Virus record (IMG/VR): IMGVR_UViG_3300013104_000002
Location: 82,491 to 146,490 of that record
Origin: a virus
Reading direction: 5' to 3' (one strand)
Length of the DNA: 64,000 bases
This document shows, piece by piece, positions 54,881 through 64,000 of the stretch (position 1 is the first letter of the stretch; every line of letters begins with the position of its first letter). The position numbers were made by a program, and so were the translations under genes. Under the pieces are notes generated by a model. It did not search any database. It was not told the DNA's origin and saw nothing but the letters and a program-made list of their open reading frames with translations.

Positions 54881-55294
54881 ATGAGCACTAAGATAATTGT
54901 TATTGGACAAGCACCTCCAGCCGTTACGCAAAGTTATCCTTACGACACTACAATGCTTTACAGTTGGTTTGAGGAACTAAGTATAAGTAAACAAGAAGCG
55001 CAAAATATATTTGAATTCGATGCAGTTTATGATCAGTTTCCTGGGTATGATAAAAACGGAGGACACAATAAGCCGAGTTTAGAGCAGATGGAAGATTATT
55101 GGAATCGCGGGCTAAAAGAAAAAATAGAAAAAAGTAAATCTATTTTAGTTTTAGGAGGAGTGGCTAGGGATTTTATAAAAACCAAACAGATAGATAAACG
55201 AGCTGTTTTTACTATTCACCCTTCAAAAAGAAATTACTCTTTATATAATAAAAATAAAGAAAATATTTTGAATCAAATAAAAAGTTTGTTATGA
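54881..55294 (+). CDS. uracil-DNA glycosylase-like protein
   Basis: IVIGQAPP (motif A), ILVLG-x-x-A, HPS (motif B). Confidence 0.7.
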   Translation: MSTKIIVIGQAPPAVTQSYPYDTTMLYSWFEELSISKQEAQNIFEFDAVYDQFPGYDKNGGHNKPSLEQMEDYWNRGLKEKIEKSKSILVLGGVARDFIKTKQIDKRAVFTIHPSKRNYSLYNKNKENILNQIKSLL

Positions 55295-55767
55295 GCAAAT
55301 ACATACCAGTAAAAGGAACTGCCACAAAATCCACTATGGAATGGACATGGGAGAGCAAACCAACTAAAAAAGAAACTTATATAAATCCAAAAATTGCTGA
55401 AAAAGAAAGAATAGAAAAAATTCCTTTAGAACACCTGACTTTTAAAGATATATACAAATTTCCATTTAAAAATAGCGGATATGGTCGGGTATATGATGAT
55501 GAAAATAACTTTATATTTCAATTTCATTTTGGTAATGAAGAAACACAAGAAAAGTGCCTAAAAATATTGAATGGAGAATTAACTGAATATAAAAGACAAG
55601 AAGTAGTTAATCAGCATGGTGAAATATTTATAAACGGACATTCTTTTATTTTAATTAGAGGGTGGGGATCACTTACAGGTGTTGGGGCTTATAATTTAAA
55701 TGAAGAGTGTGCTGCCAAGATTCAGGATAGCTTAGCAGAATTTATTGTAGAAAAATTACAGAAATAA

Positions 55768-55798
55768 TTTGGTAATCACAAATAAAGATGTATATTTG
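55768..55798 (+). promoter_or_regulatory. Bacteroidota primary-sigma promoter
   Basis: TTTG 55768-55771, TATATTTG 55791-55798; with the terminator at 56107 it makes 55823..56101 monocistronic. Confidence 0.7.
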
Positions 55799-55822
55799 CA
55801 TAATAATTAATATAAAACAAAG

Positions 55823-56101
55823 ATGAAAAGAAGAGAATTATTACAGTCAACATTAACAGAAGATAAGAATGTATCAACGCTGGTTACAAATGCTTTAGCA
55901 AAAGATGCAAAATTTATCAAAAAAGCTAAAAGAGACTTGGACGATGCTCGAGAGGAAGCAGAAGAAGCATTAGAAGAAAGATTAGCTTCAAACACTCCTC
56001 TTGACAAATCAGTTGTTGAAGTGCTTTACGCTAAAATCAAAGAATTAAAAGCAATCACTGCATTATACGAAGAGTTCGAGAAAGAGATTTTAGCAGACTA
56101 A
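55823..56101 (+). CDS. small coiled-coil protein, separately expressed
   Basis: Has its own promoter and terminator. Confidence 0.7.
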   Translation: MKRRELLQSTLTEDKNVSTLVTNALAKDAKFIKKAKRDLDDAREEAEEALEERLASNTPLDKSVVEVLYAKIKELKAITALYEEFEKEILAD

Positions 56102-56106
56102 TAACA

Positions 56107-56125
56107 GCCCTCTTCGGAGGGTTTT
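56107..56125 (+). terminator. intrinsic terminator
   Basis: GCCCTC-TTCG-GAGGGT-TTT. Confidence 0.75.
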
Positions 56126-56136
56126 AAATTAAACTT

Positions 56137-57492
56137 ATGAAAACATTATATTTTGTTACACCAACCATAATTTCATATCTAGATTTAGTTTCTATGGGAG
56201 GCTCTGATAAGGCTGATGATGCTTCTACTTTAGGAAAATATAATTCTGGATTAAAATTCAGCATGGCTCTAGCTTTACAGAATAATATAAAGATGATTGT
56301 TAGAACCTATGATAGAGAGTTTTCAGATAATCATGACCGAAAAAGGGAAACTTCTTATTTTGTAGGTACTTATATAGAGTCATGTGAACAAACCGAGAAG
56401 GAAAAAGAGTTGATTAAAGTCACTAAATCGGTTTTTTCTGAAAATTTTCATTCTGGTGTTTGTGATGATTATGGTGGGGGAGAGTACCCCGAAGAATATC
56501 TAAAGACAGGATTTTCTACTAAATTAGGTGTAGACTGGTCTTTATGGATGCTTTTGAGGGAAATCTACTCTAATATGGTTGATGAGAATGGATATTATTC
56601 AGAAGAACTACCAGAGATACATTATGGAACAGTTTTTAGTTTGTGTTTTAAAGAAGACTCAGAATTTGCTCAGATTTGGAATAACCGTCATCTTTATATT
56701 AACGAAAAAGAGCCTTTATTCAAAATAAGTAACTCTTTAGATATATTAGAAAACCAGGAAAACTATCTACGAATTTACAAACAGAACATTCTTGTTTACG
56801 AAGATAAAAAAATCCCTAGCCGATATGCATTTAATATTAAATTTGGCGACATAGATGAACGAAGAATTCTATCAAATGTTTGGAATATAGAGCAGGAAAT
56901 AGCTTCCCAAATAATGTCAACCGATAATGAAGATTTTTTAAAAGAAATTATCACACCTAATTTCAAAACAGAAGAAAAGGAATTCTTATCAAACATTGAC
57001 CCATATAAAAATGCCTCTGATTTAATTAATTCCATAGTGCACAAAGTTTATGAGAAAAATGAAGAGGTTAGATCTTATGTTTGGATTATTGATTCTATTA
57101 AAAAGAGAAAAGATTGTAAAATCGCGGGCAAAAAGATTAAAAACATTGGTGATAGCATCTGGTCTTATTCAAATACAGTTACAGTTGAAAGTCTTCCAGA
57201 ACCATATGCTGAACCAGATATTGAAGTTGAGGGAGAAATATTGGCTACACCTTTTTCTGCGGAAATTAAAAAATACTATAATTTTAATCTAGACGTTGAA
57301 ATAACAAAAGCTAAACTAAAAGGAAGTAAGTGTATTGCCGATAAATATAAAAATTGTTTAATTATAGACAATAATTTTTCAGTAGAAGATGACTTCCCAG
57401 AATTTATAGTGCAATATCTGGATCTCACCCAATCTGGAAATGTAATAACCAATTTAAGTAAATATATCTGTAATCTAATTAAAAAGAAATGA
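56137..57492 (+). CDS. GHKL-like ATPase-domain protein
   Basis: G-x-S-x-K...LGKYNSGLK and LLREIYSNMVDE. Confidence 0.55.
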   Translation: MKTLYFVTPTIISYLDLVSMGGSDKADDASTLGKYNSGLKFSMALALQNNIKMIVRTYDREFSDNHDRKRETSYFVGTYIESCEQTEKEKELIKVTKSVFSENFHSGVCDDYGGGEYPEEYLKTGFSTKLGVDWSLWMLLREIYSNMVDENGYYSEELPEIHYGTVFSLCFKEDSEFAQIWNNRHLYINEKEPLFKISNSLDILENQENYLRIYKQNILVYEDKKIPSRYAFNIKFGDIDERRILSNVWNIEQEIASQIMSTDNEDFLKEIITPNFKTEEKEFLSNIDPYKNASDLINSIVHKVYEKNEEVRSYVWIIDSIKKRKDCKIAGKKIKNIGDSIWSYSNTVTVESLPEPYAEPDIEVEGEILATPFSAEIKKYYNFNLDVEITKAKLKGSKCIADKYKNCLIIDNNFSVEDDFPEFIVQYLDLTQSGNVITNLSKYICNLIKKK

Positions 57493-57870
57493 GCGTAATA
57501 ACAACTGCCGACGAAAAACTAGAAGAAGCAAAAGAAAATATAAATATTGCTTATAAAAATATATTAACCGTATTAGATCCAGATACTTGGGGTTCAAATG
57601 AGTTTAACGCTTATTACCTAGATGATTTACATAAAGTATTGCTAAAATTACTAGAAATTAAAAGATTATTAAAATGCCGGAAATAATATTAGAAGAAATA
57701 GCAATGCCACCTATAAATAGAAAGTATCGAAAACATCCTTTAGATTTAAATGGTAAGCAGTGGGTGGTAAAAGATGGGTTAGAAGAAATATATAGAGGAA
57801 ACTTTGAAAATGCTTCTTTAATATGCTACAATTTAAATAAGAAATACTATAAAGAAAATCCCTGGAAATA

Positions 57871-58572
57871 ATGGAAAAAGAAATTAAATACTATAACAAC
57901 AGACCTGTAGTAGTTTTAGAAAAAGACAAAGATACGGATTTCTACAAAGTACTTGTAAAAGTAGAAATACAAGGTAAGAATTTAGATGATATTGCAGAAC
58001 AATTTAGAGGTTGCGATGCCTGTATGGTTGGACATAAAAGTAGTTGTTATTGTGATGATGAAGTAGCGAAAGCATATGATGTTTTGGACATTATTTTTAC
58101 CGATTACAATATTGATGAGGAAAATGTGTTTTTTGTTCGTGGAAAAGAATTAAAAGACAGACCTTTTGAGTGGAAGGAAAACGAGCAGTTGAGAGATAAA
58201 ATTAAAGGTAATAAAAATGTATTAGATGGTTTAATTGATATTGTGGCAGAAAATAAAGCTTTGATTAAAGAGCAGGAAAAAAGATTAAAAGACAATGAAG
58301 ATAAAATTAAACAATCAGACGCTGTAGTAGAAAACAGAAAATCTCTTAAAGAATTTGCAATAAAAGATTATGACAAACTAACTGCTGATATCAAAAAACT
58401 AGAGTCTCAGAAAAATTTAATCATTGTAGGTTCAGAAGTAAAAGTCGAGTACAAAGATTACCAATATCTATTAAAACGTGATGAGGAATTATCTGCACTT
58501 GAATCGGGAGGAGTTGATAATTGGGAATGGTATGGAGAATCCCTTAAAAATTATTTTGAAGATGAGGAATAA
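57871..58572 (+). CDS. coiled-coil protein with Cys cluster
   Basis: C-x-x-C...C-x-C; C-terminal L-x-ALE-x-GGVDNWEWY, a motif common in phages. Confidence 0.6.
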   Translation: MEKEIKYYNNRPVVVLEKDKDTDFYKVLVKVEIQGKNLDDIAEQFRGCDACMVGHKSSCYCDDEVAKAYDVLDIIFTDYNIDEENVFFVRGKELKDRPFEWKENEQLRDKIKGNKNVLDGLIDIVAENKALIKEQEKRLKDNEDKIKQSDAVVENRKSLKEFAIKDYDKLTADIKKLESQKNLIIVGSEVKVEYKDYQYLLKRDEELSALESGGVDNWEWYGESLKNYFEDEE

Positions 58573-58612
58573 TAAACAACTAATTTTAGAATCACAATTA
58601 GAAGAACAGAAA

Positions 58613-58999
58613 ATGAAAAACGATAATTACATAAATAATCTAGTAAAAGAAATTCATAGTAAGAACTTAGAAGCTGGTTGGTGGAACGATCCTGAAACAG
58701 GTGAAAGTTTATTAAATAATAGATTTACACCATATGTAATTGCCACAAAATTACTTCTAACCGTAACAGAAATAGCCGAAGCAACAGAGGGTTATAGAAA
58801 GAACTTAATGGACGATAAACTTACTGATCGTCCTATGTTTGAAGTTGAATTGGCAGATGCAGTTATTAGACTTTTTGATGTTGCAGGAGTTATGAATTTT
58901 GATTTAGGTGGAGCTATACAAGCTAAAAGAAATTTTAATGTTTTGCGTCCCGATCATCAAAAAGAGAACAGACTTAAGCTAAATGGTAAAAAATTCTAA
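58613..58999 (+). CDS. MazG-like NTP pyrophosphohydrolase
   Basis: TEIAEATEGYRK...DDKL...EVELADAVIR-x-x-D...K-x-x-x-N-x-x-R; start uncertain (58562 or 58613). Confidence 0.8.
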   Translation: MKNDNYINNLVKEIHSKNLEAGWWNDPETGESLLNNRFTPYVIATKLLLTVTEIAEATEGYRKNLMDDKLTDRPMFEVELADAVIRLFDVAGVMNFDLGGAIQAKRNFNVLRPDHQKENRLKLNGKKF

Positions 59000-60160
59000 T
59001 ATGAAATATTCCAAAATAGCAATAATAAGTAATGATGAAGAATTAACTGATAAGGTGATAAATAAATTGGTACTAGAAGGTTATGTAACAGAAGGATCTA
59101 TGACAAGAAATATGTTATTATATAATTACTATATCCCTGATTTTGATGTAATAGTTTCTCCGCTAGCTTTAGAAGTACATTATCCATCATATGAGGATAA
59201 TAAAATATACGGAGATGAATTTTTAAAAATGTGAAAATGAATAAAGAACTAAACATCAAGTGCCAATGTGGATCGGAAATAGTTAACTTAATGAGATTCC
59301 CAGATGAAGAAGAAACTTATTTAACTATTTACAGCTATAGCTCTGAAAGATATTCTTTTTTAGACCGTTTGAAGATTTTATTCGGCGTAAAAACAAGAAC
59401 AACAGACATAGTTTTAAGTAAAGAAGATTGGAATAAATTAAAACAGTTTTAAGATGAAAAAAGAAGTAAGAGCGTTATTTACTCTAACAAGTAAAGAAAT
59501 AGATGAAGCGTTTTATGATTTTTATGTTAGAAAATTCAGAGAGTCTAATTTGAATGCTACATTCTCACCACAAGATATAAAAATAGAGTTTAATGATTTT
59601 TTAGAAGTATCTTTAACAATAATAGAAGAGAAAGAGTTATGAAAGCTTTTAAAATCAAAAATGCTGAAGGTAAGTTCTCAACTGGCAGTCAAAATCCTAG
59701 ATTCACTAATCGAGGTAAAACATGGGGAAGTCTTCAAGCAATTAAATTACATCTAAGACAGTTTTGTGACCAAGGAGGTTATAAAATCGTAGATAGTATA
59801 TTTTATAGACATCACCAATGGGAGAATAATATTCCGTCAGATTGGATAGTAGTTGAGTTATCCGAAGATGGGTTAAAAGAATATCCTGCAAAACAATTAT
59901 ACCCACCAACAGAAAAAGAAAAAATATGGAAGCAATAGAATTAGTAAACATAATTTATCCTGAACACGACAGAACGAGTTGTAGTGACGAAGAATTAAGT
60001 AATTCATTTTGTTTTGAATTAGATGATTGGTACGAAGATAGTGATAAAATAAGTGAAAAGTATTTACCAAGATGTCGAAGATGCGCTTTATTACAAATAA
60101 GTCGCGGAAAAATAAAATTAACGGAAGAAAATAAAGAAGTAATTCAAAATTATTTTTAAT

Positions 60161-60522
60161 ATGAGCGAATTAAGAATAAACCCAGAAAAAGTATCTCATA
60201 TAAGAATACACGGTTTACAAGAAACTAATTATTTCTACAGACCAGAAACTATCAGAAAATACTTCTTCGGTCTTTTTAAGGAGGTAGAAAGAGAAGGTTA
60301 TTATATTACTGGAGGCTTAGAGGATATTTATGGTATGAATTTTCTGTAGAAGATTTTAAAGACTTTGTTTCTATGAGAGATATAAATGGTATATTGTGGA
60401 ATAATCCTAAAATAGAAATTTTCGTGGGAAAAGAGAGAATAAAAACAAAATATTTCAAAACAGTCAGTGATGCTAAAGAATACTGTAATATAAACTTTCC
60501 AAATGTAAATGTGGTTATTTAA
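60161..60522 (+). pseudogene. hypothetical gene split by an apparent frameshift
   Basis: ORF stops at 60349; an overlapping frame from ~60305 (YWRLRGYLWYEF...) stays open to TAA 60520-60522. Confidence 0.5.
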
Positions 60523-60619
60523 AGACATAAAATTCAAATTAACCGTAATATTTTATATTCTAATAATTATCTTAGAGATAGTAGTAATTTATTACGCAAT
60601 AAAACTAATATTTTAAATT

Positions 60620-61186
60620 ATGTACATCAATTATAATATCGTAAAAACGCATAATCTTGTTCCTGAGGACATATTTTTTCTTTGTGCAATAAAACAAACT
60701 GAAAAAGATATCTTAGAGATCATCCCAGAAAATGTTTTAAGCCGATATGAGGCACAATCTCTTTTGACAAGTATCAAAGGCTCAAAGACAGAAAATCCGC
60801 GCCATAAGATAAGATTATCCGATAAAGGTAAAAGTCTGTTAGAAGATTTAGAAACACCTGAAATTCTGGAAGAGGATATTAAGATATTTTCTTGGTTAAA
60901 AGACATTTATATATCGAGTGGGAAAGAATTAGGTAATCAAAAAAAGTCCAAATTATTTATAGCTTTATTTAGAGTTCATTCAGGAATATCAAAGAATTGT
61001 TTAGCATACTTATGTCAATCTTTTATAAACGATGAAAGTCAATTTGAATGGTCAAAAAAACTAGAATTTTTGTTGTTTAAGCCTGCAAATATGTATGAAA
61101 AATTCAATATCGAAGGATCAAGACTTTATCAATATTATATTAAAAATCAAGAGCAGTTTGACAATAAGTTTCAAACATTAAATTAA
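60620..61186 (+). CDS. hypothetical protein upstream of the helicase (possible initiator/loader)
   Basis: wHTH-like RLSDKGKSLL; 3 nt upstream of the helicase start. Confidence 0.4.
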   Translation: MYINYNIVKTHNLVPEDIFFLCAIKQTEKDILEIIPENVLSRYEAQSLLTSIKGSKTENPRHKIRLSDKGKSLLEDLETPEILEEDIKIFSWLKDIYISSGKELGNQKKSKLFIALFRVHSGISKNCLAYLCQSFINDESQFEWSKKLEFLLFKPANMYEKFNIEGSRLYQYYIKNQEQFDNKFQTLN

Positions 61187-61189
61187 ACT

Positions 61190-62323
61190 ATGAATGAAAT
61201 AATTTTAGATAAAAGAATCCGAAAAGTAGGAGAGGCAGCAACTGAAGCCTTTACCGAACTAAATAAAATACAGAAAAAAGAGAAGCTTATTCTAAGAACA
61301 GGGTTTGAGATGATTGACTGTCATATTGGGGGGCTATTGGCTGGGGATGCAGTTTTACTAGCTGGAGCTCCTGGCGCAGGAAAATCCGAATCTTTATACC
61401 GAATGATTGAGAGAATTATGAGCGTAGAAATAAATCCTATGGCTAGTAATTTTGTTAGTTTAGAGTATAGTATGGAAATGAAGATGCTTAACAAATTACT
61501 TAGATCTTCCCATAATATTTTAGGAAAGAAAAAATCATTAATATTATTTGAATCCTTCAATGAAGAAGAGGCTAAAAAAATAAAAGAATATTATGAAAGT
61601 TTACAGGATGATAGAAGGTATGTAGTCCAATCTCCTGTTACTCCAGATGAATTTTATAAAATGACTAGGGATTTTTGTTTAATAAATAAAGATAAAGAAG
61701 CCATACTGATTTCTGCCGATCACTTACTTTTATTTACGGGTTCTGATAAACAGTCAGTTTTAGAAAAAATAAGTGAGTACGTTAACTTATTAAAATTAGA
61801 ATTTAACAACGTTTATTTCCTTTTACTTTCTCAATTAAACAGGTCATATAATGCTATAATTAAAGCTAAATCTAATGAAATGATTCCTACTAATTCATTA
61901 ATTTTTGGTTCATCTTTTATGGAGCAATTAGTTTCCTATATTGTTATTATCACTAATCCTTTCAAACAGACAATTGATCAATATTTAAAAGTAAGTAAAA
62001 ATAGGTACGATTATTTGGAAGAATTTTATGGTGAAGAAGATAAAAATGAGAAAGTCTCGTTTAATACAATAGGTAATTTATTTTTCTTTGTAACAAAAAT
62101 TAGGGAAAGTGATAATGACTGGAAAAACTTGTTTATTACTAAGATGGATTTAAGTGATGAGGCTTTAAATAAAATGAAACAATCAGTTGAATCAACAACT
62201 ACAAATATTTTTACACCGAACTTTAGTACTTCTACTCCAGTATTTGAAAATCCAACAGTAGATTTAACTAAGTTTGAAACTTCTTTTAGTGATTTGAAAG
62301 GTAAAGACTCAAGTCCATTTTAA
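61190..62323 (+). CDS. dnaB: DnaB-like replicative helicase
   Basis: TGF-x-x-ID, Walker A GAPGAGKS, SMEM, DH, LSQLNR, K-x-R; acidic/aromatic C-terminal tail. Confidence 0.85.
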   Translation: MNEIILDKRIRKVGEAATEAFTELNKIQKKEKLILRTGFEMIDCHIGGLLAGDAVLLAGAPGAGKSESLYRMIERIMSVEINPMASNFVSLEYSMEMKMLNKLLRSSHNILGKKKSLILFESFNEEEAKKIKEYYESLQDDRRYVVQSPVTPDEFYKMTRDFCLINKDKEAILISADHLLLFTGSDKQSVLEKISEYVNLLKLEFNNVYFLLLSQLNRSYNAIIKAKSNEMIPTNSLIFGSSFMEQLVSYIVIITNPFKQTIDQYLKVSKNRYDYLEEFYGEEDKNEKVSFNTIGNLFFFVTKIRESDNDWKNLFITKMDLSDEALNKMKQSVESTTTNIFTPNFSTSTPVFENPTVDLTKFETSFSDLKGKDSSPF

Positions 62324-62437
62324 AATAAAGTGTGAAAAAGGGATTAGAGTAGCACATTTATCTCATTTCAGAATCCCTGCGGTTTAAACTCCAATACCCA
62401 AAGTTGTAATGACGAGTAATGCTGTAAAATGAGATTA

Positions 62438-62466
62438 AGGCAATCATTTATTTGGTTGCCTTTTTT
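62438..62466 (+). terminator. intrinsic terminator
   Basis: AGGCAATC-N8-GGTTGCCT-TTTTT. Confidence 0.7.
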
Positions 62467-62491
62467 ATTTTAGTAAAAATACCAGTTTTTA

Positions 62492-62523
62492 TTTGGTACT
62501 TTAAAATATTTGTCGTAGGTTTG
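62492..62523 (+). promoter_or_regulatory. Bacteroidota primary-sigma promoter
   Basis: TTTG 62492-62495, TAGGTTTG 62516-62523; implies the next ORF starts at ATG 62545. Confidence 0.65.
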
Positions 62524-62760
62524 TCAGGAATTAAAATTATAAATATGAAATCAGCAGTAACACAAATACTAGAAAACCGGAATAAAAACTTTGATGCTAA
62601 TAAATTTATAAAGTGGTTTGACGAGAATAGATTAAATCTACTCCAACTAGAAGAACGTCAGATTATAGACACCGCTATAGAATTTGGAATGCATGGAAAA
62701 GAAATGATGGAAGAAAAAGGTAAAGAATACTATAATTTAATCTTTAAAAAATAAATTAAA

Positions 62761-63096
62761 ATGAAAAAACTAATTTTAGCATCAGCAGTAATTATTACAC
62801 TATTATCTTGTAAGAAACCAACACAAGAAATACAACCAACTATCCAGGTAGTTACAGATACAATTGAAAATTTTAGAATTGTAAAGCATATCAAAGAAGA
62901 TACAGAAACTAAAACTTCTTATCATTATAAGTATGATTGGTTAAATGGAAAATTCAGACAACAACCAAAAATATCAAGTGAAACAAAATATTACATCATT
63001 TTCACGGATGGGAGTATGGAAGAAACAACCAAAGAGAAAGGAATGTTCTATGAAAAAGGAGATACAATAAAATACTATACTTACGTTTATAAATAA
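62761..63096 (+). CDS. small lipoprotein
   Basis: MKK-hydrophobic-LLS-C lipobox. Confidence 0.6.
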   Translation: MKKLILASAVIITLLSCKKPTQEIQPTIQVVTDTIENFRIVKHIKEDTETKTSYHYKYDWLNGKFRQQPKISSETKYYIIFTDGSMEETTKEKGMFYEKGDTIKYYTYVYK

Positions 63097-64000
63097 AAAT
63101 ATGTTAATAGGAAAACAAATAACAGGATTTAAATTCGAAGAAAAAGATTATCCAGAAATAGGGTGGATTGAGGAAATGGATTTATTAATTGGAAGTGTAG
63201 GTAAAATAATAATGGAGAATAAATTTTTGAAATGTTATGAAGTAGATTTTGGAAATGATCAAGTTTGGCATTATCCCGCAAAAGAAATTAGAAAATATTT
63301 ATTATGAAAACACCAATAGAGGAATTAGTTAAAGAGTTACAAAACGGATTTTTAGAAGATAGGTTTAATTGCCTAAGTGATATACTAATACTATGTGTAA
63401 AATACCAAAGCTTAGAAGAAAGAGAATTAATCAACGCCTTTAATAAAGGATATGATAATGCAAGAGAAAATTCCATAGGATTTAATGAAGAAATATCAGA
63501 TGGAGTGTCTTATTATAATCAAACATTTAGTAGAGAATAATTATGGGAATTATTTCAAAATTAGAAATAGAAGAAGGGAATATAATTAGTAAAAATTAGA
63601 AATTATGATTGATACATACAATAACCGCGACGAAAAAGAAACTGAAAAAACTTTTGAAGATTTAAAGTTAGAATTAAGTAAAGAGGACAATGAAATAATC
63701 GATAATTATATTCATAAGTATGTCCAAGCTAAGAACGAAGCTGATAACAGAGTTAAATATTCTAAACAGAAAGAAGAAGATGTTAAGTTGTTCTTTTCCC
63801 TTTTAGATTCTTTCTTTCCCGCCGATATGGCAAATATAGAGTTATTAAATAATTTGGCACAAAAAATAAAAAATAATTATGGAATTTAAAGGAACAAAAG
63901 ATTTATCATACTTTAAAACAAATGCAGAAGAAGACTATATGTATACACCAATATCTGTTTTAAGGTATATATCAGAGCTTGAAAAACAAGAATCAACTGA

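Noticed and set aside
1-64000. Alternative genetic code (stop-codon recoding as in some crAss-like phages)
   Set aside because: Long conserved genes are intact in the standard code and TAA, TAG and TGA all end genes; the short ORFs have their own starts.
1-64000. Prophage, integrase, reverse transcriptase/DGR or transposase
   Set aside because: No such motifs were recognised in any ORF and there is no host-like flanking DNA.

Overview
A 64-kb segment of a large, very AT-rich lytic tailed phage that probably infects Bacteroidota (Flavobacteriaceae-like). The host call rests on repeated Bacteroidota primary-sigma promoters (TTG...~20 nt...TAnnTTTG) and A-rich leaders without Shine-Dalgarno sequences. 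Layout: (1-3.6 kb, minus) a packaging-associated operon with the probable terminase large subunit running off the edge, plus HU/IHF-like, GroES-like and DUF1573-like genes. (3.7-24 kb, plus) RecA, HNH/GIY-YIG nucleases, HD protein, PhoH, a 0.5-kb structured non-coding cassette, dATP/dGTP diphosphohydrolase, SSB, GroEL, a minimal protein kinase and a C5-MTase. (24-26.7 kb) a divergence point with a lone Panacea/SocA antitoxin and an ~780-bp strand-skewed non-coding region (possible genome end or origin). (26.7-42 kb) dozens of tiny early-type ORFs. (42-64 kb) DNA metabolism: DEDDh exonuclease, PD-(D/E)xK nuclease, a second non-coding cassette with a tRNA-like RNA, nrdB/nrdA, HD hydrolase, thyA, UDG-like, GHKL-like ATPase, MazG-like, DnaB helicase. 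The most unusual signals are (i) two non-coding cassettes that share a nearly identical promoter and encode arrays of closed-stem RNAs, including a tRNA-like RNA with an expanded anticodon arm and a solitary CRISPR-repeat-like unit, and (ii) a dispersed T-tract/CG-core/A-tract DNA motif present dozens of times in spacers and inside genes. All family assignments come from motifs read by eye; no searches were run.
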